A stretch of 64,000 nucleotides of DNA. Source: Dictyostelium discoideum (lineage: Eukaryota). The notes below the pieces were generated by a model. That model saw only the letters and a program-made list of their open reading frames with translations. It made no database searches and had not been told where the DNA came from. Positions 26,743 through 42,905 of the stretch are shown one piece after another. How positions within the stretch are numbered: position 1 is the stretch's first letter; each line of letters begins with the position of its first letter. The position numbers were made by a program, and so were the translations under genes. Location: positions 960,001 to 1,024,000 of the forward strand of contig CM000150.2 in NCBI GenBank assembly GCA_000004695.1, read 5' to 3'.

Positions 26743-26993
26743 AGGTGAAAAAAAAAAAAAAAATGAAAAAAAAAAATTTATAAATCTCATACCATAATTT
26801 GGCAACAATATACCGCCTCTTAATCACACAAAAAAAAAAAAATAAAAAAAAAATAAAAAAAAAAAAAGAAAAGAAAAGAAAAGTTTAAAAAAGAGGGAAA
26901 ACATAAAGAATAAAAAAAATACTATTGATTATTTTATTTTTTAATATTATTATTATTATTATTATTACCTATGTATCATCAAAATATTTTATT

Positions 26994-29266
<2,273 letters not shown>

Positions 29267-29771
29267 AATAATAATAATAATTAATAATTAATAATTAATA
29301 ATAAAAATTAATAATATTAATAATAATAAATAATAAATCAAATGAGTAAACAATATCTATATAATAATATTAAACATGTACATAATACAATAAAAACGAG
29401 ACTCCAGTTTGGAAAAATGAATTATTTTAATCAAATAATTTAATAATAAAAATAATAATACAATATAAAAACTTATATAATAAAAAAAAAACTAAAATGC
29501 AAGATATTTATTTATATTTATTTAAAAAATAAAACTGGGAAAAAAAAAAAAAAAAAAAAAAAAAGAAAATTCAAAAAAACAGAACAATGATTACATTCAT
29601 TTTTTTTATATTTTATATCATTTTGTGTATTTTTGAAAATGTGTTCTATTTTTATAAACTAAATTCATATTAAAAATAAATAAAATAAAATTATTGTTAA
29701 AAAATTAAAAATAAAAAAATAAAAAAATAATAAATTGAATGTTAAAAAATGAAAAATAATGAAAATGAAAT

Positions 29772-29808
<37 letters not shown>

Positions 29809-29850
29809 CAGTTTATCAACAAATAAAAAAAAGAAAATATATATTAAGTG

Positions 29851-30708
29851 ATGAACAAAAATGAAGGAATAAAAAAAACAATTAAAGATGATGAGGAAGA
29901 TAATGATGATGATATAGAATTTGTTGGTTTACATCGTATTGGAGATGATAATAATAATACAAGTACCAATGATATGACAAAAAGTTATGATGCATCAGAT
30001 GGAGGTGTATTTTTAGATGACTTATCACACTCAGATATTCAATTCAATGATCAACAAAGACACGATTCAGATTCAGAATTACAAGTTCAAAATTTATTAA
30101 ATGAAAGAGAACAACACCACCAACAACAAGACAATGATTTTGGCGATAGGATGCTTGATGATGATATTGATGAAAACAATGATAGACAAGAAATAATTGA
30201 TTCAAATAATATTTATCATTCAAATTTAAAAGCATATAATCATAGTGAAAATATTAAATTACCAACATTTAGTGGCAGTAGTAATAATAGTAATAATAGT
30301 AATAATAATAATAATAATAAAAACAATGATGTAGATTATGATATTGATGGTGATCCTATTCCAAGCATTGAAGGAATTAATAAAATTAATAAATTAGGAA
30401 TTGCAGATGATCTTAATAATTATGGTTTAGATGATTATGTTGAAAATATGGATGTTCCTCCTCCTTCCTCTTCTTTTAAAAATAAAACTACAACTACAGC
30501 AACCACTACAACTACAACTTCTATTTCGAGTCAAAATGATAATTATCAAATAATAGATAGTAAATATGATCCTAAAACTACAAATTTATTTAATACTCCT
30601 ATTGCATTAAATAAAATTATGATTTTCATTAAAGGCGTTGTAATGTATAGATGTAGATTTATACAATCAACTTTATCAAAACCAATGTATGTATATAAAT
30701 ATCATTAA
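29851..30708 (+). CDS. Hypothetical acidic Asp/Asn-rich protein; the 3' end may continue into further small exons
   Basis: 286-aa ORF. The first ATG lies one codon after the GTG the ORF track used as start. Downstream in-frame coding-like pieces at about 30783-30897 (...QQKRVQELAFVLLEQKGNIQFIKHDRFILSL, ending in a GTATGT donor) and about 31010-31048 suggest alternative 3' exons. A possible GTAATG donor sits at about 30640. Confidence 0.4.
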   Translation: MNKNEGIKKTIKDDEEDNDDDIEFVGLHRIGDDNNNTSTNDMTKSYDASDGGVFLDDLSHSDIQFNDQQRHDSDSELQVQNLLNEREQHHQQQDNDFGDRMLDDDIDENNDRQEIIDSNNIYHSNLKAYNHSENIKLPTFSGSSNNSNNSNNNNNNKNNDVDYDIDGDPIPSIEGINKINKLGIADDLNNYGLDDYVENMDVPPPSSSFKNKTTTTATTTTTTSISSQNDNYQIIDSKYDPKTTNLFNTPIALNKIMIFIKGVVMYRCRFIQSTLSKPMYVYKYH

Positions 30709-31452
30709 TAAATAATAATAGGTCAAATATATACACCCTTACTCTTTATTTATTAACCAAAAAAAAAAAAAAAAAAAAAAAAAAGTGATTTAAAAAATGA
30801 ATCTCAACAAAAAAGGGTTCAAGAGTTAGCATTCGTTTTATTGGAGCAAAAAGGAAATATTCAATTTATAAAACATGATAGATTCATCCTTTCATTAAGT
30901 ATGTATTTTACTTTTTTTTTTTATTTTTTTTTTATAAAAACTTTTACCGTAAAACAACAAATACTAACATATCTCAATTATTATTATTATTATTATTATT
31001 ATCATCAGGAATTCATTCAAAAAATTCATACAATGATAAATTTATAATTTCAAATCAAAGAGATGAACCTATGAAATTTTGTAGAAATAAATTCACCTTT
31101 ATAATACAACGTTTGTGAAGAAGAAAAAAAATAAAATAAAAAAAAAGAAAGAAAGAACTAAATATACTTTCCTTTAATTTGTACATAATATATATTTTTT
31201 TTTAACAAAATTTACATGTTGCCTTTATTTATTTATTATTATTACTATTATATTGTTTTGTTGTGTTGTTGTTATTTTTATTATTGTTATTGGGTGGTGT
31301 TGAAATTCTTCCAAGTTTTTTTTTTTCTTTTCTTTTTTTTTTTTAAGTAATGCTGATTTATTATAATGACAATATTTGGTAATGGTGGTGGTGATGACGA
31401 TGATGATGATGGTGGTGGTGCGGTTTTATATATTTATGAATGGATAATTTAT

Positions 31453-32043
31453 CTATAAAATACTCTTGGAACTAGTCATACCAAGTCTATGCTCCATAGA
31501 TGTATGTAATTGTGGTAATGGTGCTTCTGATGTGGCTGGATCTGTAAGTTTAAAAATATTTATTTTTTTATTTGTTAATTTATTTATTTAGTATTTAATA
31601 TTAAATAATAAAAATATATATATAAATAAAATTAAAAATAAATAAATAGGCAAAAACTTACCACAAAGATAATCACCAAAATCGAAATCTTCATCTAAAC
31701 CTAAAATTGTTTCTAAACCAACCATTGAACTTTGTAAAGTTGGTAATCTTTTAAATTGTGAATAAATTTGTTTTTCAATTTCATTATTCATAACCATATG
31801 TGTACCAAAAACATTTTTCATTGCAAAATTTTTTAATTTTATTTCTGTTTTACCTTGCTAAATTAAATAAATTAAATTAATAAATAAAATAAATAAAAAA
31901 ATAAAAAAAAAAAGTGTCCAGTATATATTGTAACAACTTACATCTAATTGAATACTTTCAACTGGATGTGATAATCCTTTAACATTACTTGATTCATTTC
32001 TTAATGTTGGTAAATCCAAATCTTTTTTTACAATAGATTGCAT
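31453..32043 (-). CDS. Proteasome maturation factor POMP/Ump1 homologue; 3 exons
   Basis: Minus-strand exons are 32043-31933, 31857-31662 and 31541-31453. Both donors are GTAAGT. Acceptors are TTTAG and TTACAG. Protein: [99 protein letters not shown]/(G)[22 protein letters not shown]... This is collinear with human POMP (...NFSTLRNIQGLFAPLKLQMEFKAVQQVQRLPFLSSSNLSLDVLRGNDETIGFEDIL...DPSQSEVMGEPHLMVEYKLGL). Confidence 0.8.
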
Positions 32044-32498
32044 TATTTATATATATGTGTAAATATATTTGTATGTATTATTATTATTTAATAAAAGTGG
32101 GAGAGTTTGATGAAATTAAAAAAAAAAAAAAAAAAAAATTTATGAAAAAAAAAAAAAATTAAAAAATTAAATAAAAAAAAAAAAATTAATTTGATGCACT
32201 TCACAACCCCAAAAAAAAATTAAAATTTTTTTTTTTTATTTTTTTTTTTTATTTTTTTTTTTTTAATTTTCTTTTATTTTTTTTTTAAAAATTAATTTAC
32301 TTTTTACAAACTTAATTGAATTGATCAAATATCTTTAACCTATTTTGGAATTAAAAAAAATAAAAAAAATACAGATAAAAAATAATAAAACATATCACAA
32401 GTATCTATTAAATAAATAAATGGTCAAATTACTTATAAATTAAATAAAATTGGATTGGTTTATTTATTTATTTTTTATTTTTTATTTTTTATTTTTTT

Positions 32499-34469
32499 TT
32501 AATATCTATTTAAATGTAATGAACCATTTAAAACTTTAATATAATGATAAAAACGATTAATATCAATTTTATAAAGGAATTTAAAATTACTATTAAAACA
32601 AGATAACATTGTTATTGATTTTGGTAATGATTCAATTATTGGACAACCAGAACCAACTGAAATTGATTTTATGGATGATGGTAAACTTGATTCATTTAAA
32701 ATTTGAGTATAATTTATACCAAAAGAGATTGATTGTAAATTTGAAGGTAAATTAATTGAATATAAAATTTGATTATACTTTTCACCCAATCGAATTGATT
32801 CCAATCTATCTGGTAAAATATTTGAACTATTATTAAATACTTGATCATAACAAGCACCAAATTTAATTGATTTTAATTTTTTACTTGGAAGTGTACCCCT
32901 TGGTAATTGTTTATTAAAACGGTATCCAAATTCCAAATATTCAATACTAGATGGAAGAGAACCAACCAATATCTCTCTATTGAAATTAAATCCAAATATT
33001 AATGATTCCAAAGAATTTGGAAGTGCGCCTAATTCAATTGGTTGGTCGAAATAATAACCAAATTCAATTGATTTCACTGAGTCTGGTATGAAACCAGGTT
33101 CGATAATTTGATCGAAATAATGATTTAATTTTAGCTTTCTAACTGATTTAGGAATTTCACCGAAATTGAAATTATCACAAATTAACTCTTCCAATGATTC
33201 TGGTAAAATATTTGTAGTACCACCACCACCATCATCATCCTCTTGTAATACAGATTGGTTGAAATCTAAACCAAACTGAATTACTTTTACTGATTTTGGA
33301 ATTACATCTTTTTCAATTACCTTATTAAAATCGTGGCCAAATTTTAAGGATGTTAAAGATTCAGGTAACGATCCTTTAACCAATGGTGTATTAAATTCAT
33401 ACCCAAATTGAATATGTTTCAATGATGTTGGTAATACATTTGGTTCAATTGGTTTATTGTAGGAATGGGATAATTCTAAATTTTCAATAGAGTTTGGTAA
33501 AATTCCTTTGGTGAATTGGTGATTGTAATTATGTCTAAAATAAAGTTTCTTTAAATTTAAAGGTAATGAACCAACTGATAATTTTTGATTAAAGTAACCA
33601 AATGTTAAATTCAATAATGATTGTGGTAAAATTCCAGGTGGTAAATCCATTTTAAAATGGCCATCGAATGCAAGTGTTTCCAACCCCTCTGGTAAAGAAT
33701 TTTTTAAAATCTCTTGATTGAATGCGTGTCCGAAATAAAGCTCTTTTAAAGTGGCTGGTAATGTATTACATTCTATGGTACTGTTGAATGTGTCTCCCAA
33801 TTTCAATACTTCCAAACCGTGTGGGAGAACACCCACTTTCAATTCTTGGGAATATTTCCACCCAAATTGTAAATATTTCAATTTTTCCGGTAGTACACTT
33901 CCCGACCCAATTGGAAGGTCATAATATTTGCCAAAGGTTAACGAAGTTATTGAGTTTGGGAGTGCTCCCTCTTCAATGACCTGGTTCCACGAGTCACCAA
34001 ATTTCAAAATGGCCAAATTCGATGGCAGCATTCCTTGGGTAATCGGTTGATTAAAGTAGAAACCAAATGAAAGACTTGTAATATTTTCAGAGATTGAGCC
34101 AATTCTAATCATTTGATTGAATCTAAAATCGAAGTTTAATGATGATATAGACGATGGTATTTGTGATGGTACAACTTTATCATATTCATATTTTTCACTA
34201 TCCACATCATATATTAAATCCTTTAAATAATCTTTATATTTAAATCCTTCCAATGATTCAACATTAAACTTTCTTTGATAAAAATGAATTGAATATAAAC
34301 GAAGATGATAAAAAATTTCACCTCTAATAACTTTATTTCTCCAAACTTTAAAAAAAACTTTTTCATTTTCATTACAATTATTTAATGGTATAATTCTTTG
34401 TATTGGTTCTTTAATTAATGAATAATCTTTTAATATTTTTTTTGTTAAATTATTAATTATAATTTCCAT
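32499..34469 (-). CDS. FNIP-repeat-containing protein, paralogue E (inverted orientation; classical FNIP repeats); intronless
   Basis: 656-aa ORF. It carries the VFFKVWRNKVIRGEIFYHL motif. About 20 tandem ~22-aa repeats follow the pattern F(G)xxFNQ(x)(I/L)xxGxLPxSLxxLxFG. Confidence 0.85.
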   Translation of the reverse strand: MEIIINNLTKKILKDYSLIKEPIQRIIPLNNCNENEKVFFKVWRNKVIRGEIFYHLRLYSIHFYQRKFNVESLEGFKYKDYLKDLIYDVDSEKYEYDKVVPSQIPSSISSLNFDFRFNQMIRIGSISENITSLSFGFYFNQPITQGMLPSNLAILKFGDSWNQVIEEGALPNSITSLTFGKYYDLPIGSGSVLPEKLKYLQFGWKYSQELKVGVLPHGLEVLKLGDTFNSTIECNTLPATLKELYFGHAFNQEILKNSLPEGLETLAFDGHFKMDLPPGILPQSLLNLTFGYFNQKLSVGSLPLNLKKLYFRHNYNHQFTKGILPNSIENLELSHSYNKPIEPNVLPTSLKHIQFGYEFNTPLVKGSLPESLTSLKFGHDFNKVIEKDVIPKSVKVIQFGLDFNQSVLQEDDDGGGGTTNILPESLEELICDNFNFGEIPKSVRKLKLNHYFDQIIEPGFIPDSVKSIEFGYYFDQPIELGALPNSLESLIFGFNFNREILVGSLPSSIEYLEFGYRFNKQLPRGTLPSKKLKSIKFGACYDQVFNNSSNILPDRLESIRLGEKYNQILYSINLPSNLQSISFGINYTQILNESSLPSSIKSISVGSGCPIIESLPKSITMLSCFNSNFKFLYKIDINRFYHYIKVLNGSLHLNRY

Positions 34470-35735
34470 TTTTTTTTTTTTTTTTTTTATTTAATTTTTT
34501 ATTTTTTTTTTTTTTTTATTTAATAATTAATTATTTTTTTATTTTGTTTTATTTACAAGATTTTTTTATTATTATAATTATTATTATTATTTATTATTTT
34601 TATTATTATTTGTTCTTTTTTTTTTTGATTTTTAAATATAAAAAAAAAAAAAAAAAAAAATTAATTAATCAACTTTAAACGGAAATGAAAAAAAAAAAAT
34701 AAAAAAAAAAAAAAAATATTTAAATAATAAATTAAAAAAAATAAAAAAAAAACCTAATAACGAATCCAGTATTCGTTCCGGTATTAAAAGAAAATAAAAT
34801 TTTCCATTCAATTTTCTGTGTATTTTCACATAGATAATTCCCCTTTTTTAATTTTTTTTATTTTTACATTGGATTTAAGATTTTCCAATCTATCTATTTA
34901 CTAAAACAATTTAAAGAAAACAATTAAAGATTCTTAAGATCTGAAAAAAAAAAAATTTAAAAAAATAAAAATAAAATTAAAAATAAAAATAAAAAAAATA
35001 AAAAAATAAAAAATGAAAAAAAAAATAAAATTAAACAAAAAAAAAAGAATTAATATGGTTAAAATCTGTGGTTTGGGTTTGATTTTTTATTTTATCGAAA
35101 GATTGTGTTTTAATAATTTTTTTTTTCTTTTTTAATAATTAAAAATATAATGGAAAAAAAAACCTAGTAAAATGTTAAAATATAATTAATTATATTAAAT
35201 TTTAATAAAAGTTTGTAATTCTATTTTATAAATTAATAAAAACTATTACAAAATAAGATTAATAATAACAAAAAAATAAAAAAAATAAAATTTATAAAAT
35301 TTATAAAAAAATGAAACTTATTATAAAAAAAAAAATGGCATTTTTTATTAAAATTTAATTAATACTAAAAAATAAGAAAATATATTAGAATTTTTAAATT
35401 TTATTAAATTAATTTTATTTTTTACCTTCGTTAAAATTTATTTAATACTAATAATATAATAAAATTTATTTATTACTAATAAAATTTATTTAATACTAAT
35501 ATTTTATTTTTTTTTTTTTTTGGATACTTTTATTTTTTAAATTTAATGACCTCTGAAAGAAAATTCCCGAATCTGGAATTCCATTTGATATTTTCCTTTA
35601 CTATTATTATAATTTAAATTTTATTTTTAATTTTATTTTTTTATTTTTTTTTAAATTTTTTTATTTTTTTTTTAAATTTTTTTATTTTTTTTTTTTTTAT
35701 TTTTTATTTTTTTTTTCATTTTTAAAATTTCAAAA

Positions 35736-36244
35736 ATGGAAAAAGAAGAATCAACAAATAAAAATAATGAAAATATACAAAGTGAAAATGAGATAAATAA
35801 AATTGATAATAAAAGTAATACAGAAAATCCAACAATAAAATGTATATTTAAAAAACCAAACAAACAAAGAAATATAAGGAAAAGGTCAGATGATTTAATA
35901 TTAAACACATCAAATAATGCGGATGAAGAAGATGAAGATGGCAATGAAGAAAAAGATAAAAAGAAATTAAAATCAAAAATAAACCAATATACAACAAAAC
36001 AAGATGTAAGTTCTCTCTCTCTCTCTCACTTATCACATCCACATTTAATATATATATATATATAACTTACTAACTATATATTTTAATAATACCATATAAA
36101 TATATTATATAGAAAAAGAATGAATTCTCATATGATTCATCAGGCAATGCAGGTTCGTCAATTAATTCAGCAGAATTATCATCAACACAATATATGAATG
36201 AAGAGGAAGAATTTAAAAAAGAAGTTGTATTATCATCATCTAGA

Positions 36245-36288
<44 letters not shown>

Positions 36289-36910
36289 TAACATAAGTAA
36301 TAGTGAAGGTAGTGGTGGTAGTGATAATAATGATGATGGAATTTATAGAGGTATGAAATCATACTCTACATTTGTTGAAAAGAAATCAGATTTAACTTAT
36401 AAAGGTGGTGGTGTTAAAGCAGGACCAATGAAAACATCAACTACCTTTAAACTATCGAATAGAATTGATCATCAACCTGATGTATGTAAAGATTATAAAC
36501 AAACTGGTCAATGTACATTTGGTGATGCTTGTAAATTTTTACATGATCGTAGTGATTATAAATCTGGTTGGCAAATTGATAAAGAATATGAAGAAGAACA
36601 AAAACAAAAAAGATTAAATAATATTAATGGTATAAAAAATAATAATAATGATAATAAAAACAATGACGATGACAAAGAACAACAACAATTCCCATTCGCA
36701 TGTTTTATATGTAAAAAACAATATGTTGATCCTGTTCAAACAAAATGTAAACATTTCTTTTGTGAAGATTGCGCATTAACTCATAATAGAAAAAATAAAA
36801 AATGCGCATTATGTGGCGAACCCACTTTAGGAACATTCATAACACCACCAAAGAAGATTTTAGATCAATTAATGGAAATTTCCAAATCACATTTTAAAAA
36901 TCAATCATAA
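35736..36910 (+). CDS. Pre-mRNA splicing factor Cwc24 / RNF113-type protein (CCCH zinc finger plus RING finger); 2 exons
   Basis: Exon 1 is 35736-36005 with donor GTAAGT. Exon 2 is 36113-36910. The C3H1 zinc finger reads CKDYKQTGQCTFGDACKFLHDRSDY. The RING reads CFICKKQYVDPVQTKCKHFFCEDCALTHNRKNKKCALCGEPT. The linear order matches Cwc24/RNF113A. Confidence 0.85.
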
Positions 36911-37152
36911 CATTATTATTATTATAATTATTAAAATAAAATAAAATAAAATAAAATAAAATAAAATAAAATAAAATAAAATAAATTTAATGTAAATTTA
37001 AAATATTTATTAATTTAATTTTTTTTTTTTTTTTAGAAAGTCTTTTTATTTTTTTTTTTATTTTTGTTTTAAATTTCAAGGATAATTTAAATTTTTATTT
37101 TTGTGGTTTAGGCAAATTGTGGTGAATTTGATTTTTTTTTTTTTTTGAATTG

Positions 37153-37183
<31 letters not shown>

Positions 37184-38659
37184 ATTTTTTTTGATAATAG
37201 TCACCGAAACAGTGTAAATTTCAATGAATTTGAAATAGAATTTATTTTATTCCGGAATTTATTTCTTTTTTTTTTTTTTTAAATGAATAATAAAAATTTA
37301 GAATTATGGTATTATGTCGTAATTAATCCTGGTTTTTAAAAAAATTTGTTAAAATAAGGATTAAATTTGAAAAAACAAGAAAAAATTATTAGTAGATTTT
37401 AAAGATGAGGTTAAAATTGTGATTTTCAATTTTTTTTTTTTTTAAAGTAATAATAAAAAAATTATTATTAACAAATATTGAAGTGTTTAAGGGTAGATCT
37501 ACTACTAATTTTATAATTTCGTTATTATTATAAAACCATATTATTAGGTTAAAATATATTAATATTATAATGATTCTAAATTTGCTATTTTAATGGTAGA
37601 TTTCTTTTTCTTAAAATAGAAAATTTAAATTCAATTAATTTATTTCGAAACAAACACTGGGGGGGATTGGGGGTAAAAAATTTTCGTCTTTTATTGTTTT
37701 TGTATAGATTTTAATAGATCCGCGCATAAAAATTTTAAAAAAAAATTCAAAAAAAATAAAATAATTCTAAAAATAAAAAAACTCAATTTTTACCCCGAAA
37801 ACCAATTTTGATGATCAATATCCTGGCACGACATAGTGTTGATATAAACATCATAAAATTTTTTTTTTTTTTGAAAATTTTCTTTGTGAATTTAAAAAAT
37901 AAATCTAAAAAAAAGAGATTTGTTCATTTCTCACAATCAGGAATAAAAAGAAAAAAATAAAAAATTTGGGGTGCTTCTCAAGGGTTTTTTTTTTTTTTTC
38001 ATAGAATCTGTATGTGTAGTGACCATTGCAAGAATAATTAATTAAAAATTTTTGATTAAATTATTTAAATTTATTTTTTTTTTACTTTTTATTTTTTTTT
38101 TTTTATTTTTTTTTATTTTTTTTTTTTCATATTTAAAAGAAAGATTTTTTTTTTTTTATTTTTTTTATTTTTTTTTTTTAAACAATCAAAAAAATAAAAA
38201 AAAAAATAAAAAAAATAAAAATAAAAAAAAAATAAATTTTTTTAAAAAAAAAAAAAGTAAAAAAAAAAAATCTTTTTTTTTCTCGCCTCAACCAACTACA
38301 TAAATACACACACCCATCACAAATACACATATAAAAGAGATATTTTCTGAATACGATTTGGTATCCAGTTTTTTTTTTTTCGTTTTCATTATATTGTTTT
38401 TTGTTTTTTTTTTTTTTTTTTTTTTTTGTAACATTACTTTTCTATTTTTTTTTTTTTTTTTTTTTTTTTTGTATATTGTAAAATACTTTTTATATCACAT
38501 TTTATCGAAAAAATCATTTATAGCATCACACCTTTTTATAGTAAAATTATTTTATTTCCAATTATTTTATTTCAAAAAAATAAAATAAAATAAAAAAATA
38601 AAATAAAAATAAAAAAATAAAAATAAAATAAAACCTGTACCATTAAAAATAATATTAAT

Positions 38660-38711
<52 letters not shown>

Positions 38712-38951
38712 TTGTAATAATACTAAATAATACCAAATATATATATAATAACAAATATTTATACAAACCATACCAAAAATTAAAAACGCGAATTAATAAT
38801 AATTATAAAAAAAAATAAAATAAAAATATTTACCCAATAATTATTCATTTTTTGGATATAATAACATCAGCGCATTTCATATTAAAAAAAATAAAAAAAC
38901 CTAAATAATTTTTTTTTTTTTTTTCTATTTATTTATTTATCTATCTATCTA

Positions 38952-38982
<31 letters not shown>

Positions 38983-39363
38983 GTATACTTGTCGATTCCA
39001 GTAAATATTTCGAAATTTGTGTGTTTGTGTGTGTGTGCTACTGTAGTAATAAATAATAAATAATAAATAATAAATAATAAATAATAAATAATAATAATAA
39101 TAATAATAATCATAATAATAATAATAATATAATAATAATAAATAATAACAACAGCTAATACTCTACATTTAATTCAATAATAGCTAATATAAACAATTTC
39201 TTCTTTTCTATTTATTCTTTTCTTTTTTTCTTATTTATTATTATTTTTTTTTTTTTTTTATATATAAAATCAAACCCTACTATTTTTTAATTTATAGCCT
39301 AAAATAGTAAATTGTAATATTACTTCAGATTTTATACCTCATCAAATATCAATAACAATAAAT

Positions 39364-39404
<41 letters not shown>

Positions 39405-39576
39405 AAGAAAAAAAAAAAATTATTATATTTAGCTTTTCCCAAAACAAACAAAACAAAACAAAACAAAGTATAATAAAAACAAAACAAAAATAATAATAAT
39501 TTAAAGTAAGTCTTTTCATCTACCAATGTCATTTTATTTTTGATCATCAAATTTTTATTTTTATTTTTATTTTATT

Positions 39577-39607
<31 letters not shown>

Positions 39608-40412
39608 TTTTTAAAATCTCATCTTTGTCTCTTTTTTTATTTTATTTTATTTTTATTTTTTTTATTTTTATTTTTTTCTTTTTTGATTTATAAAAATTAA
39701 ATAGTTTCAAAAAAAAAAAAAAAATTTTAATTTAAAAAGCATGTGTCAAGTAAGATTCACACAAAGAAATCAATTTTCAAAAAAAAAATAAAAAAAAAAT
39801 AATTTAAATAATAATAAAAAAAAAAAAAAGGAGATACAATCACCAACCCCCAAAAAAAAAAAAAAATTATTATATCTACTTGGTGTAAATTCAATTAATA
39901 ATCACACTAAAAAAAAAATAAAAAAAAGGGAAAAAAAAAAAAAAGGAAAAATCACCTGTATAAATGACAAATAGGTGGTTCAAAAGAAAAACAAAATATT
40001 ATTTATTGTAATTATTTCAATTCCACACACACACACACACACCTTCACATTGTGTTTAACAATCACCAATCTATGAGCGGATGATAATAATAAAAAAAAA
40101 AAAAAAAAATTAATAATAATAATAATAAATTAAAATAATAATAGTAATACTGTTAAAACACACCATTATAGATTTTAAAAACAATAAAAAAAATAATGAT
40201 AATAATTAAAATAAAAAACATGTTGCATTCATATTTTTTATTTTTACACAAAATTAACAATAATGGCAAAATTTTACTACCAAAATTGGTGTGGTTTTTT
40301 TTTTTTTTTTTTTGGAAATAATTATTTATAGGTTTATTTAATTGGCTATTGTATTTTTATTTATTTTATATATATTTGTATAAGTGGTTGGGATTTTTTT
40401 TTTTTTTTTGTC

Positions 40413-40447
<35 letters not shown>

Positions 40448-40526
40448 TTTCTTTTTTTTTTTTTTTTTTTTTATTAGGGATTGATACATTCACATAATAA
40501 CCACACCCACTAATTCACATTGATTT

Positions 40527-40572
<46 letters not shown>

Positions 40573-41075
40573 TATTCCCAATTATTTTTTTTCTTATTTT
40601 TAATTTATTTATTTAATTAATTTTTTTAAAATTATTATTGTTAATAAATTATTATTATATCATTATTATTACTTTTTTTTTTTTTAAAAAAATTATTATT
40701 ATTATTATTTTTTGTATATGTTTCATTAGATCAAAACCATAAAATTCGGTTGATTTTATACATTTTGTCATATTTTCCAATCATATAATTAAATAATTAA
40801 ATAATTAAATAAATATAAATAAATAAATAAAAATAAATAAATAATAAATAATAATTTAATTTTTTTTTTATTTTTTTTTTATTTTTTTTTTTTAACAGGA
40901 AATTAATAATTTAAAGGAATCACAGTCAATAGGTTTGTATACTTCAATAGTGGGTTAGAATACTCATTTTCGTCATAACTATCATCATTATTTATTATTT
41001 TATTATTTGTTTTGTTAATTATGTCACCACAAGGGGCACTCATTTCTATTTAAATTATTTGTTTTTATTTTTATT

Positions 41076-41114
<39 letters not shown>

Positions 41115-42856
41115 CTTCAATAATCACACTAGGCCACACCGGTTTGGGGTGCATTTATTTTACCACACTTTTTTTTTTTTTTTTTCCTTTTTTAAGTGAT
41201 CATATATATTATTATTTTTTTTTTTTTTATTTTTTTTTTTTTTTTTGGGGGTGATTAATCTTAAAAATTAAATTTTTAAATTTTAATTTTTTTTTTTTTA
41301 AAAAAATTTTTTTTTTTTTAATTTTTTAAATTGGTTGGTTTTTCACTTCAATTTAAATTAAAATTAATTATCATATTTTTTTTTTTTTTTTCTTTCCAAA
41401 TTTGTGTTGTGTGTGAAAATAAAAATAAAAATTAAAATAAAAATAATAATAATAATAATTGTAATTGTAAGAAAATCATTCAAACCAACATCATCATTCA
41501 AACAACACCAACACACTCCTCCCATTTGATATTATTATTTTTAATAATAATAAAAAAAAAAAAAAAAAAAAAAAATAATAATAATAATTTAATACGCTCG
41601 CACAATTGTGTGTTTGTGGGTTTTAATTTTTTTTTTTTTTCTATTTTTTTTTTTTTTTTAAAAAAATATAAAAAAAAATAATAATTGCAATACTATTTTT
41701 TTTTTTTTCCTTTTTGTGTGAAGTAATAATAATAATTTTATTTAATTAAATTTATTTTATTTATACGTTTATTAGGGTTAGTGGTTTATTGGGTGAATAA
41801 TTAGTAGGAGTGGTCATTCACATCATTTAAATTTAATTTCCCAAAAAAAAAAAAAAAAAAAAAATAATTGGATTTTGTGTGGCCATTTCATATAAATTCT
41901 CATTCACAGTGTCACCAAATTCAATTGACTTTATTAACACCCCATATATATCACCACACAAATACCACACCCTTTCACACACTTACTCCCTAATATTGTA
42001 TGTAATTAATAATATTATTGTGATTTTTTAAAATTATATAAAACAAATATATTATATTTTTTATTTTATTTTTTAAAAATATAAATTGTTTTTTTTTTTT
42101 TTAATTTCTTTTTTTTTTTTTTTTTAAAACAATTTTTTAAACATTTATATAATTAAAAAAAAAAAAAAAAAAAAAATATAAAAAAAAAAAAAATATAAAA
42201 ACAAATTTGTTATTATATTTAATCTGTTCATTTCATATTCATATTCAATGTTTTATGTCAATATTATTTTAATATCTACAAAATTAAATTATCTGACCAT
42301 AATTTAAATTTTAATTATCCAATCACATTATTTCAGTTTTTTTTTTTTATTTTTATTTTTTATTTTTTTATTTTTTTTTTTTTTAATTTTTTTTTATTTG
42401 GTTGACATTTAATAATTATACAATTTTGTTTCCATTTTATTCTCCACTCACAAACATTCAATATCACTCACTCCCACTTATCTATCAATTAAAGAGTGGT
42501 GTTAAGATTTTAATTTCTAATCATCATTTTTTATTATTTTTATTTTTTTTTTGGTTTTTTTATTTTTATTTTTTTTTTTTGAATATTTATTTTAAAATAA
42601 TATTTTTTTTTTTTTTTTCCTAATTAAATTTATTTATTTATTCAATTAAATTTAATTCAAACCAATTGTGGTTTTTTTTTATTTATTTTTTTAATTTTTA
42701 AATCTATTAAAAAAAAAAAATATTTTAAAATTATCTCTAAAAAGTATTTCATACAAATAATTGTAAAATTAATTTTATATATGTATTTGCTCATAACCAT
42801 AAAAGCAAAAATATATTAATTAAAGATTACGATCATAAATAAATTCACTCACTACC

Positions 42857-42905
<49 letters not shown>

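Noticed and set aside
39430-39500. A/C-rich leader-like sequence ending in AAAG|GTAAGT, considered as a distal 5'-UTR exon of the Myb gene
   Set aside because: It would imply an intron of about 3.7 kb, far longer than any other intron in the window (70-130 nt). It is kept only as a note under the gene-desert finding.
38052-39550. ORFs 38052-38303, 38358-38588, 38572-38766 and 39332-39550 in the gene desert
   Set aside because: They are poly-Phe/poly-Leu/poly-Lys translations of homopolymer runs and (ATT)n. None has protein-like composition.
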